NCBI GenBank assembly: GCA_027262695.1
Contig: GCA_027262695.1_4722.1
Reading direction: 5' to 3' (one strand)
Length of the DNA: 64,000 bases
Origin: a phage
Both the position numbers and the translations under genes were made by a program. The notes beneath the pieces are model-generated. The model worked only from the letters and a program-made list of their open reading frames with translations. It had not been told where the DNA came from and searched no databases. Shown here in pieces: positions 9,099-18,081 of this stretch. Every line of letters begins with the position of its first letter. The stretch's first letter is position 1.

Positions 9099-11254
9099 TC
9101 ATCAGCATCGATGATCTGACCACCAGCAACGTTCAACTGATGATACAGAATCCTCAACGCACGGTTACCCCCAATGGGATACTTCTCGAAGTTGGTCGCA
9201 ATCGGAATCGCAGAGGGTTTGTCGGTTGCATAGATGCTTTCCGTGATGCTATCCACCTGTTTCGGGTTGTTCGCGTAATCCATGAATACGCTTGCGAACC
9301 ATCCACCGGCAAAGGCGGTGACTTCGCGATGCTCGGATTCACCACAATAACGTGTCGGTTGCTCTTTACCCGGCGAACTGTACTTATCACTGTTGCTGAG
9401 TTTCGACGGCAAACCGTGTGCTTGCAGTTTAGGAATACCCACCGCAGACCAATCGTTCGCTGTCTTCTCCAACATCATGATGTATGTATCACCAATCGCA
9501 ATATCGTTCTTGGTGGTTCGCCATTGGCCAGAACGTCCACGATAGCGTACTGGACCTTTCTTCAACGGGAACTCTCGGATTAGGTTCTCCATACGTTCCG
9601 AACCTGCTGCGATACTGTCTGTCGGAATATAGACTTCCGTACCGTGGCGTTGTACGTAACGGAGATGATCCCATTTATCTTCGTCTGTGATACAGTGCTT
9701 CTCAACAACCTGTTCCACAAACTCAGGACTAACAATATAGTAGTAACGCATCAATGTGTTCCATGCGGTTTCCAGATCGCCTGCATCCATTACTGGTTTC
9801 AGTTCACGCATAATCTGATCACCAACACCGTTGATATAAGGTGCGTTAACACGGCTTAAACTCATCCTTTTAATTACCGTGCTGTCGTCGAACATAAAGT
9901 CCGCGACATTCCCCCATTGGTCTACGGGCATCTCGTCATCTTCCATGATATCCGTTACGACGAATTTATCACCTGCCATACCGGTAAATTTAAATCCGAT
10001 ACCCGGGACTACATCGTAGGTATACGTGATAGTCACACGCCAGTCGTCAAGATTCTCCTTACGGTAATCACGGGTTGGCAACACATGACGTAGCTGACCG
10101 TTCGGATTGCGAATATCGATACCGTGCTCAGCATCAGCGAGGTTCAACCACCACATCACCGTCTGATGATGTCTGATGGGTGTACCAGCACGTTCACGTT
10201 CGTATTTACGCACCGCATCCTGAATACGGGTATACAGCAGACCGATGGCGTTCTCATATTTCAGGAATTGACGATACGGCGGACGCATCTTCTCTTCCAT
10301 CATAATCGCACGCTCACGGGCTTGACGTCCAGAACGACGATGGCGATCACTAACCACATCGATATCCGTCACACGCGCATTCGGTTCTGCGTAGGTAAGG
10401 TCATCGTAAACGTAGTCGACACGCTGCAGGTTGCAGGTCATCATGTCGACGACGCTCAGAATCGGATCGATTTCACGGGTTGCTGCTAACAGACCATCTT
10501 TACGAATACGTTCACCGTTCTCCGGGATTGCCTGATAGACCTCATCGTCGCCGTAGAGATTAATCGGATACCTCGACTTACCTGACGTGATCGTCCGTTT
10601 CTCGATACCGGTACTGGTGAAGTGTTTCAGTACGCCACGACGGGCAACACCCCCATCCTCAATACATTGATAGAAACTCCCAAAACACACCTTGCAATCA
10701 CGTCCGTAGCCCCACTCACGCGTTTCTTGATTGATCGCCGGGCTTTCCATCAAACGAGAGTATCGAGGTACGATCTGGCCTCGACGAAGGGAATGGAACA
10801 AATTGGTGGGTCGAAAACGGAAACCGTACTGCTGATGCATGATGTGATGCTCGGGCACTTCAAGCAAGCGCAGCTCATGGCGGTTACCATCTTCTTGGTT
10901 TTCATACAGCACGTAATGCATCGTGTTTGTCTTGATGCTATTCGCGGTATGCCCAGGTTGAAAACGTGGGATGATATCTATGACGCGAGATTCAACGGGG
11001 AATTCTACCGACCATGTATTCTGACCATACTGGTATTCAATCCCCGTCGTTAATCGGGACGGCTTCGCATCTTTGATAACCAACGCTTGGCTAAGATGTC
11101 CACCAAACATCGCAGCGCGCTGTGCTGAGTTATAATGCAATAGCCCGTTAAGTCCAGTCCCTACACCCGTATACTCCTGTTTAATGGGAATGATTTTACC
11201 TTCAGCGATTGCCTGCTTCACAGATTCATAAAGAGGTTTTTCTTTATAATGCAT
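9086..11254 (-). CDS. Multisubunit RNA polymerase beta subunit, C-terminal fragment
   Basis: 'NSAQRAAMFGGHLSQALV' (cf. [16 protein letters not shown]), 'KFTGMAGDKFVVTDIMEDDEMPVDQWGNVADFMFD' (cf. [36 protein letters not shown]), 'RYCGESEHREVTAFAGG' (cf. RFGEMEVWALEAYGA). Start trimmed to the ATG at 11252-11254, preceded by a GGAAG RBS; the track start at 11419 would overlap a divergent plus-strand gene. Confidence 0.7.
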   Translation of the reverse strand: MHYKEKPLYESVKQAIAEGKIIPIKQEYTGVGTGLNGLLHYNSAQRAAMFGGHLSQALVIKDAKPSRLTTGIEYQYGQNTWSVEFPVESRVIDIIPRFQPGHTANSIKTNTMHYVLYENQEDGNRHELRLLEVPEHHIMHQQYGFRFRPTNLFHSLRRGQIVPRYSRLMESPAINQETREWGYGRDCKVCFGSFYQCIEDGGVARRGVLKHFTSTGIEKRTITSGKSRYPINLYGDDEVYQAIPENGERIRKDGLLAATREIDPILSVVDMMTCNLQRVDYVYDDLTYAEPNARVTDIDVVSDRHRRSGRQARERAIMMEEKMRPPYRQFLKYENAIGLLYTRIQDAVRKYERERAGTPIRHHQTVMWWLNLADAEHGIDIRNPNGQLRHVLPTRDYRKENLDDWRVTITYTYDVVPGIGFKFTGMAGDKFVVTDIMEDDEMPVDQWGNVADFMFDDSTVIKRMSLSRVNAPYINGVGDQIMRELKPVMDAGDLETAWNTLMRYYYIVSPEFVEQVVEKHCITDEDKWDHLRYVQRHGTEVYIPTDSIAAGSERMENLIREFPLKKGPVRYRGRSGQWRTTKNDIAIGDTYIMMLEKTANDWSAVGIPKLQAHGLPSKLSNSDKYSSPGKEQPTRYCGESEHREVTAFAGGWFASVFMDYANNPKQVDSITESIYATDKPSAIPIATNFEKYPIGGNRALRILYHQLNVAGGQIIDADDCES

Positions 11255-11285
11255 AGGACTTCCTATTATCGAATTGAGGTACGTC

Positions 11286-11639
11286 ATGTCTAATACGCCC
11301 CTGAACGACTTCCTTAAAACAAACCCAGAAGACCTCATCCACAACCTTGATTTCAGGAACGTTGTTGAGATGCATCTGGAATATTTCAAAAATGCCGGTT
11401 TGGTTTCTACGATAGACATACCACCCGAACGCGCCTACGAATTCGATGGTAACTTTTATGGATTATGTCGGGTTATGCTTGGCGAAGGCAGTGAACCTAT
11501 GCACTGGGTTACCCTAAGAATCAACGGTTATCGTGATCCTACGGAATACACCGCCGATGTCCTAACGATGAAGATTGTCGATTCAAGCGCCATCAACACG
11601 TTAAAACAGCAATATCGCACAATCCACTACAGCGCTTAA
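11286..11639 (+). CDS. hypothetical protein (117 aa)
   Basis: Plus-strand ORF with a GAGGT RBS and its own downstream hairpin terminator at 11645-11673; divergent from the RNAP beta gene. Confidence 0.45.
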   Translation: MSNTPLNDFLKTNPEDLIHNLDFRNVVEMHLEYFKNAGLVSTIDIPPERAYEFDGNFYGLCRVMLGEGSEPMHWVTLRINGYRDPTEYTADVLTMKIVDSSAINTLKQQYRTIHYSA

Positions 11640-11644
11640 GATAA

Positions 11645-11673
11645 CCCTCCCACGGCGTAAAGCGGCGGGAGGG
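11645..11673. terminator. Bidirectional terminator hairpin (CCCTCCC / GGGAGGG)
   Basis: Inverted repeat followed by a T-rich tract; sits between the plus-strand gene end at 11639 and the minus-strand gene end at 11706. Confidence 0.55.
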
Positions 11674-11705
11674 CATTTATGCCGTCGTTCGATGCCTTTA
11701 GTGCA

Positions 11706-12986
11706 TCAGAAGCGATTGACGGGACGACCTGTCCACGCGTTCAGGATAGTGTTACGTTCCATCTCAGCGCGACGACGCAGCCCGTTCGGCGTCTGCGGTG
11801 CTGGTGGCATCCCCCATCCTGCAGGTTGCGCACCCATGCCTGGCCAAGCCCCAGTATTGAACATCGTACCGTTACGTTCCGCTACACGGTTCATCAGCAT
11901 ATCGAACGTACTATTACCTCCTGGTTGGTTAGCACCTCCTTCCCACGGATTAGGTTGAACCGGCGCGGTCTTACCTAACAGGTTATCGATGACATTACCT
12001 GATGCAGTAGGACGTGGTTGCATACCTTCATGTGCGGCGGCTGATGGATTTGGCTTAACCGTAGGTTGCGGTCGACTGTTGAGCGTTACACCCATGTTGT
12101 ATTTCGCTGGAGGAATCTGTCCGCGATGCTGATTAATCGGTTCAAAGTCCTCAACCCAGGTAACGTCGCAATACCCATTCTCTTTACCGTCGTACTTATC
12201 ACCAAACAGTTTGATGAGGTTATTCAACGGCTCCATCAGCTTAGCGAAGCTGTGGATAAGGCAATCGAAATACGGTGCATGCGGATCGCTTGACCCAGCG
12301 TTATACGTTTCACTGACTTCGCTTGCGTGCGGGATAACATACTCAACCAGGTTTCTCAGCATGTTAAGATCTTTCTTGGAGATCTCAACACCACACCAGT
12401 ACGTTTTCTTATCTTTCGTGCTGATGTGTTCTTCTTCCATGAACGGGAAAGTAACAACGGCAACACGGGTCATCTTCTTACCCATGTAGGTTGCACCAGT
12501 ACGACGAAGATAGATTTTAGACAGCGTATACGGTGTATCACGTTTCAGCCAAACGGTAACCAGTTTACCCAGGGTCGTTAACGTCTTATCGCTGGCGTCC
12601 GCAAGGATGTTGAAGAACTCTTTCTGCTTCGGACCGAAACGTTTTGCTTCTTTCGGGTTGATCGCGGTTTCAACCATCCAAATCAGCATGGAGCACAGCG
12701 TAGCGTTAAAACGGACAACCATCGCACGACGCAGGAACTGCAGCACTTCCGATTCGCCGTTCATCACGTCTTCACTTAACGGATGGAACAGCACACGTTC
12801 GGCAAGATGGCTTCCTGTACGCACTTCGGTAACCGGCATCAGCAACGGCATGCTTTCCACGGTAGCGGCAACTGCAACAACCTTACCATCACCATCTGTA
12901 AAGCGGTACTCTAACTCATGAGCATCGTTTTCAAAATAGTTAACGCTTTGTAGCGCTTTACGATAAGCTTCAATAAGCTTCGACAT
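11706..12986 (-). CDS. hypothetical protein (426 aa) with a Pro/Gly/Asn-rich low-complexity C-terminus
   Basis: Long ORF; C-terminal about 100 aa are compositionally biased. Confidence 0.55.
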   Translation of the reverse strand: MSKLIEAYRKALQSVNYFENDAHELEYRFTDGDGKVVAVAATVESMPLLMPVTEVRTGSHLAERVLFHPLSEDVMNGESEVLQFLRRAMVVRFNATLCSMLIWMVETAINPKEAKRFGPKQKEFFNILADASDKTLTTLGKLVTVWLKRDTPYTLSKIYLRRTGATYMGKKMTRVAVVTFPFMEEEHISTKDKKTYWCGVEISKKDLNMLRNLVEYVIPHASEVSETYNAGSSDPHAPYFDCLIHSFAKLMEPLNNLIKLFGDKYDGKENGYCDVTWVEDFEPINQHRGQIPPAKYNMGVTLNSRPQPTVKPNPSAAAHEGMQPRPTASGNVIDNLLGKTAPVQPNPWEGGANQPGGNSTFDMLMNRVAERNGTMFNTGAWPGMGAQPAGWGMPPAPQTPNGLRRRAEMERNTILNAWTGRPVNRF

Positions 12987-13004
12987 ATTGTATTTCCTTT
13001 TCTT

Positions 13005-13025
13005 TTACGACAATGGTCCCCCATG
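13005..13025 (-). terminator. Hairpin GGTCCCC-catgaca-GGGGACC
   Basis: Perfect 7 bp stem between two minus-strand genes. Confidence 0.45.
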
Positions 13026-13041
13026 ACAGGGGACCTATGGA

Positions 13042-14628
13042 TTAGAAGTTGCCTTTGGTGGTTACAGCATCAACCAGGTTGAACAAATCGATGCTCAGCT
13101 TATACACTTCCTGCTGGCTACGGTTGAGCAGCGGGCTATAAGCAGAAGGGTTGATGTTCGGCATGGTGTATGGAATCGGGGCAGAGCCATCAACGCTGAT
13201 CTTGAACTGGCTATCCAGGAACAGGTTAATTGCGCCACTTACCATAACCGCATTCGGGTTGTTCCCTAACATCGACGGTAAGATGTTGATGATCATATCG
13301 GAACGCATCTGCTCAGCAGCGCGGTTACAGTCGTAGCCTTTAATGAACGGTACCGCATCGGTAACCGCAACCGCCCACTGACCTGGCATGATACCCAGCT
13401 CTGGGTGACCGTGGTTGTCCGCAATGAAACGGAACGATTCCAGCATGCGGTACGTCATCGCCGCAGGCATCATGGACGCCAGCGAGGAGCAATAGATCGT
13501 TGGATAATCGATCACATCCCAGCTTTGGCTATCCGTTGGCATCCAACCGAATTCGGTGGTTGCTGATGTACCGCGACGGGCTTCCACATACGGGAACAGC
13601 GTCAGGACATCACGGATATGTTCACCGAAATGCCGTTTCATTTCACCCCAGCTCAGGCTACCGTTAAACGAAAAGCCCTCATCACGCATGATCTCATTGA
13701 ACATCGTGTGCGCAACCAGCGGTTGTTCACGGACGTATTGAGAAGCCTCAACGTAAACATCCTCGTTGTTGGCCTCGCCGGGATGAGAACCTAGCTCGAA
13801 GGTCTGACGAACGGTGCCCACGCTATCGAACGCTTTCTTCAGATAGATGGTTGGGATATTTGTATCGATGCTGGCGGGTTTTACCTTCTCTGTTGCAAAA
13901 CACAGCGCAGCATCCATCCCACGAACAACCGGTTCCTGTTGTGGTCGGTATGTTGAGTGGTTCACGACGTCCGCATACATCGGGTCGAACTGTTGCATCA
14001 CGTTCTGCATCGAAGGATCCATGAACTGATTGTCCATACCACCATTACCGAGCCAACGTGCAGTCGATGCGTAGGTCAGCGTATCCTGCACACGGGTACT
14101 GAACTGAACGTCGTTGTTCATTGGGTCATACGCCCCGGTAAGCAGATGGATAGCATCTTGAGGAGCTGCACGTACAACCTGTTTACCGAACATATCAACG
14201 GTGGTTGTTTCCAGCACGATAATGACGTTGGTGAAGAAGAACTGCAATTCGTTCGGCAGATCCTGTACGCGGGTTGTGTATGCATCCAACGGAACAGAAT
14301 AATCGGTGTATCCAGACACGTAATGAACACGTTTGCTTCCTGGAGCTAACGCAACCGATTCTTCTGCTGCCATCATGAAATGGAAACGACGGGTACCCCA
14401 ACCATTAGCAATCTCTGAAACCCCTTCCGGCTGTGCGGTTTGCTCTAACATCCCGGCAGCCAGTTTATTGATCGCTGATGGTGTTGTCGCGGTGCCGAAT
14501 CGCGTTGTGTTAATAAACTCTTCCAGGCTATGCATGCTGTCAGCGTGGAACTGAATTGGACGACGGTGCACATTGTTGTATGGTGCGGTTTCAACCATCA
14601 GGATTTCACGAACATTCATCGATACCAT
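13042..14628 (-). CDS. hypothetical protein (528 aa)
   Basis: Long ORF; start lies 1 nt from the stop of the upstream gene (coupled). Confidence 0.55.
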   Translation of the reverse strand: MVSMNVREILMVETAPYNNVHRRPIQFHADSMHSLEEFINTTRFGTATTPSAINKLAAGMLEQTAQPEGVSEIANGWGTRRFHFMMAAEESVALAPGSKRVHYVSGYTDYSVPLDAYTTRVQDLPNELQFFFTNVIIVLETTTVDMFGKQVVRAAPQDAIHLLTGAYDPMNNDVQFSTRVQDTLTYASTARWLGNGGMDNQFMDPSMQNVMQQFDPMYADVVNHSTYRPQQEPVVRGMDAALCFATEKVKPASIDTNIPTIYLKKAFDSVGTVRQTFELGSHPGEANNEDVYVEASQYVREQPLVAHTMFNEIMRDEGFSFNGSLSWGEMKRHFGEHIRDVLTLFPYVEARRGTSATTEFGWMPTDSQSWDVIDYPTIYCSSLASMMPAAMTYRMLESFRFIADNHGHPELGIMPGQWAVAVTDAVPFIKGYDCNRAAEQMRSDMIINILPSMLGNNPNAVMVSGAINLFLDSQFKISVDGSAPIPYTMPNINPSAYSPLLNRSQQEVYKLSIDLFNLVDAVTTKGNF

Positions 14629-14629
14629 T

Positions 14630-16216
14630 TTATTTTTTTCCTCTTAAATTTACTACATGTTCATTTAATCGAACAACTAATTGCACAAGCTGCTGACGGA
14701 TATCTGCTGGGCAAAGCATCAATCCTTTACGATCAGCGGGGACTTTCTCAAGGATTTCAGGGCCTGCTGCTGAAACATCCCAATCCCATTCACAAAACGC
14801 ATCGGCTACCATGTTAATACCGACAACCGGTAAAGTTGTACGTTCATCTTCATACATGGCATGCGGATACAATTTATTGACGGTAATAATCTCCTGTGGT
14901 TTTAATTGGTGGATAATCTGATAAACATCATCACGTTTAACCTGGATGCCTACGGTTAATGCGGCCAGTTGAGGGAAACCCCAATGGTCTAACAAGCATG
15001 CCGCAATCGCTAACGCTTTTGCCTGATGCACGGCTTCAATCGGTGCCAGACTTCTCGCCGGAAGATGGCTGTCCAACAACCATTGCGCCAGTGCTCGGCA
15101 TCCGCGATTGATCGGTTTTAACTCAACGGTATCATCATGCTTCGCGTAAGTGTATCCATCGTAACGTTTTGCGATACGCGCATACATGTCTTCAACCTTA
15201 CCGTACGGTGCGGTTTCATCAACGTCGTGTAACACCCGTTCCATCTGGGTAAGATAAGCGATATCAAGAATGAGTACACGTGGTGAACGTTTATCTTTCA
15301 CCATCAGCGCATCAATCACACCTTGGCTATCTTCATCTTGCGCATTCCCTCGCGGAGTTTTCTCACGTATGGGTCCGCTGAAACGACGTTCCGTACAGAG
15401 GTTATTCACATAACTGAAAATCAGCGTCACCAGATGCGTACAACTGACCAACACCCCATCTTTAACGACGGGCTGCACGGCTTGGTCCAAATCACGTACC
15501 GCAAGGCGTCTGACGATGGCTTGCGAACGCAACCAACCCGGCACTTTTTCTGTTGACATGTAATCCACGGTCATCGACAACGTGATCTTTTTATCGCCTG
15601 TCTGTGCACGGATATAGTCTTCCAGTCGGTCATAAGCTGCGATATCATGAATGCGTGTTTTATACATCAGCGACATCGCCACTTCTTCTTTACGTACTGT
15701 CCCGTACGTTTTCCCCGCATCAATCAGGAACTCAGCCCAGATAGGCACCATCAAACGAACGTAAATCGCTAACGCGGTTAACTCAACATAATCGTTTCGT
15801 AAATAGGTTTTCTCTGGGATATCATCCTCGCCTAATGTCGTTTTCATGTCTGGCGGTAATTTTACCCAACCTGGGGTATTACACAACGCCAGAATCTCTT
15901 CGTATACAACGGGTTTGTAGATTTCGCCAACGGCGCGACTCAGCTCCTCCATTTGTTGTTGCGGTGCAATGTAATTATCCATCGCTTCACGTGCTTTAAC
16001 GAACCCTTCAAAGATATCATCGGTTCGACGTGGGTTCTTTTGCTCTATCCAGGCAAGATACTTGTTAATCTCTCGCATCTGATTGCTGGCCATATCCCCA
16101 TCGATCTTGATATAACCTTGGCCTGAAAATTCCACGGTCCGTCCATCACGATGTTTGATAAGATAATGGTCTAGCTTTTCTTTGCCTTGCGTCGTAATGA
16201 CGGGCACAATGTGCAT
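14630..16216 (-). CDS. hypothetical protein (528 aa)
   Basis: Long ORF with an AAAAGAGG RBS and the conserved 11-mer about 50 nt upstream. Confidence 0.55.
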   Translation of the reverse strand: MHIVPVITTQGKEKLDHYLIKHRDGRTVEFSGQGYIKIDGDMASNQMREINKYLAWIEQKNPRRTDDIFEGFVKAREAMDNYIAPQQQMEELSRAVGEIYKPVVYEEILALCNTPGWVKLPPDMKTTLGEDDIPEKTYLRNDYVELTALAIYVRLMVPIWAEFLIDAGKTYGTVRKEEVAMSLMYKTRIHDIAAYDRLEDYIRAQTGDKKITLSMTVDYMSTEKVPGWLRSQAIVRRLAVRDLDQAVQPVVKDGVLVSCTHLVTLIFSYVNNLCTERRFSGPIREKTPRGNAQDEDSQGVIDALMVKDKRSPRVLILDIAYLTQMERVLHDVDETAPYGKVEDMYARIAKRYDGYTYAKHDDTVELKPINRGCRALAQWLLDSHLPARSLAPIEAVHQAKALAIAACLLDHWGFPQLAALTVGIQVKRDDVYQIIHQLKPQEIITVNKLYPHAMYEDERTTLPVVGINMVADAFCEWDWDVSAAGPEILEKVPADRKGLMLCPADIRQQLVQLVVRLNEHVVNLRGKK

Positions 16217-16269
16217 AACAACCTCTTTTCGCGGTTCCCTGTTAAACGTTTTCTATAACGCCATCAAGG

Positions 16270-16280
16270 AGGTAATATAA
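16270..16280 (-). promoter_or_regulatory. Candidate phage promoter element TTATATTACCT (minus-strand sense)
   Basis: Identical 11-mer also at 27417-27427, in both cases 50-70 nt upstream of a minus-strand start codon. Confidence 0.35.
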
Positions 16281-16418
16281 GCGTGAATAATTTTGGATTC
16301 CTGCTGAGTCATCGCTCAGCATGCAAGGCATCCCGCCGAAGCGAGACACCTTGCACTAACGGAAAATACTCGCGTTACCTTCTGAATCGAAGACCCAGAA
16401 TGCGATACTAAAGCATCA

Positions 16419-17207
16419 TTAGAATGCTAAGCCATCAAAGGCGATTGACGGATCATCATCGTCATTTGCGCTAGGCGCGTCCCAACGCGTGTCAGGGGCT
16501 GCTGGAGCCGAACTTGAGGCATTAGAGTTACCGTTGTACTGGCCGTTACCAGCATTACGGTTACCGCCACCGTTGTTATTGTTACGATTGTAGCTGTTGT
16601 TACCATTACTTACGCTACGGCTTTCACCGTCAAAGTTGGTTGCGAGGATGCTTGGTAACACCGCACGATGAATACGTACGAATTCCAGCGCACAAAGCGG
16701 AGAAACAACACCGATCTGCAAAGGTTGTCCAGACTCATCAACCAAAGCGTGGAAACGCGGTGGTTTGAACACGAATTGGATGTTCGGTTTTTGGTATGCG
16801 GTTACCGCGATGTACACCGAACCATCGTCATTCTTACCGACCCACGTTGTGCTCTCGGTAATCTGCTTTTTCTTACCTGGGTTATTGCGATCATCGATAA
16901 CCTTTTCGTTCTTCATCGCAAAGCGTTGACCAGGTTTACCCTTAGCAACCTGCTCAAGGATCGCCAGTAGGTTATAGAACGCGTATGAACTCATGCGTGC
17001 CCAAATGCTTTCAGCACGACCCTGTTGGTCTTTACGTCCTGTATAAACCGTAATACGTGGTTGATTTTTAGCGACGCTAATTTTCAATGATGGAATTGAA
17101 TTACCGCCCTCAACCTTCTCGTCCGCCCACAGTTTCCAGTTGTTGTCGTCATAAGCCGTAGGAATGATATTTCCTTGTGGTTTACTGCCCGAATTCCAAT
17201 TGCTCAT
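16419..17207 (-). CDS. putative ssDNA-binding-like protein with Gly/Asn-rich linker and acidic C-terminal tail
   Basis: Globular N-terminal about 190 aa, then 'NGNNSYNRNNNNGGGNRNAGNGQYNGNSNASSS' and a C-terminal 'NDDDDPSIAFDGLAF'. The architecture resembles bacterial SSB; this is inference from architecture, not from an OB-fold alignment. Confidence 0.3.
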   Translation of the reverse strand: MSNWNSGSKPQGNIIPTAYDDNNWKLWADEKVEGGNSIPSLKISVAKNQPRITVYTGRKDQQGRAESIWARMSSYAFYNLLAILEQVAKGKPGQRFAMKNEKVIDDRNNPGKKKQITESTTWVGKNDDGSVYIAVTAYQKPNIQFVFKPPRFHALVDESGQPLQIGVVSPLCALEFVRIHRAVLPSILATNFDGESRSVSNGNNSYNRNNNNGGGNRNAGNGQYNGNSNASSSAPAAPDTRWDAPSANDDDDPSIAFDGLAF

Positions 17208-17281
17208 TTTCAGCCTCGTTACGTAGTGTGAATCAATTTCTGACTTCAGATGATAGTCAATATTAGTTAAAAATTACAGCC

Positions 17282-18070
17282 TCAACGAAACATGTCTAAC
17301 AGAAAACGTTTCGCAAACGGGTCTCGTAATTGGTTAACGCCGAAGCGGGTACGGTCTTCCGTGGTTAACGGATTCCATTGACTTTGTTTCGCAAGGTCTA
17401 ATAACATCCTTTTTACTTTCACCGGTCCGCTATTGAACTGTACCGCTTGGTCACCGAACGTACCCAGGGTCATTTTCGTAAAGGGGAGGTTCGCAACCTC
17501 TGGACGATCACCCCCCGTCAGTTTGGTTGACCATTGATGTTTTCGTTTCAAAGTTCCGGTATGGCTCTCTACCAAAATAAGTTCACCAAAACCGGTTCTT
17601 GCTAACAGGTCAGAAACATAATGGGTGGTGATATACGACGTCTTGGTTATCGTGGGTAATTTACAATCCATTGATTCGATATTCGGAAACTTCTCTACCG
17701 ACGATAGCAACCCATGGTAAAGTGCTGCAAGCCCTTTTTGTTTTTCGGTATGCGGCTCCTTGTGTATGGCATGCGGATAAACACGCTTGATCGATGCGTA
17801 GGTTGGCGCATAAATCCGTAAACGAATATGCGGGATAACTTCGTTAGCCAGTTGTCGTAATTGCATCAGTTCGTTATGGAAATCGCCGTCAATCATTGAC
17901 ACCGGTAATCGGTGCTGCTCAACATCCTCGTAGCTTTCAACGAAGTTACGTGCTAACGTACGCAGGTTAAAAAGCCAATCCATCGGCGTCTCCGGCTGTT
18001 GCTGTATTGCCGTGAGTGTTACCGACGTCCCTACCGATAACGGATAATCACCTAACGAGCGGGTGTACAT
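17282..18070 (-). CDS. hypothetical protein (262 aa)
   Basis: ORF on the dominant strand. Confidence 0.5.
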   Translation of the reverse strand: MYTRSLGDYPLSVGTSVTLTAIQQQPETPMDWLFNLRTLARNFVESYEDVEQHRLPVSMIDGDFHNELMQLRQLANEVIPHIRLRIYAPTYASIKRVYPHAIHKEPHTEKQKGLAALYHGLLSSVEKFPNIESMDCKLPTITKTSYITTHYVSDLLARTGFGELILVESHTGTLKRKHQWSTKLTGGDRPEVANLPFTKMTLGTFGDQAVQFNSGPVKVKRMLLDLAKQSQWNPLTTEDRTRFGVNQLRDPFAKRFLLDMFR

Positions 18071-18081
18071 ATCACTCCCTC

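Noticed and set aside
13042-16216. Two adjacent ORFs of identical length (528 aa each) as a tandem duplication
   Set aside because: Their sequences show no similarity on inspection; the equal length is coincidental.
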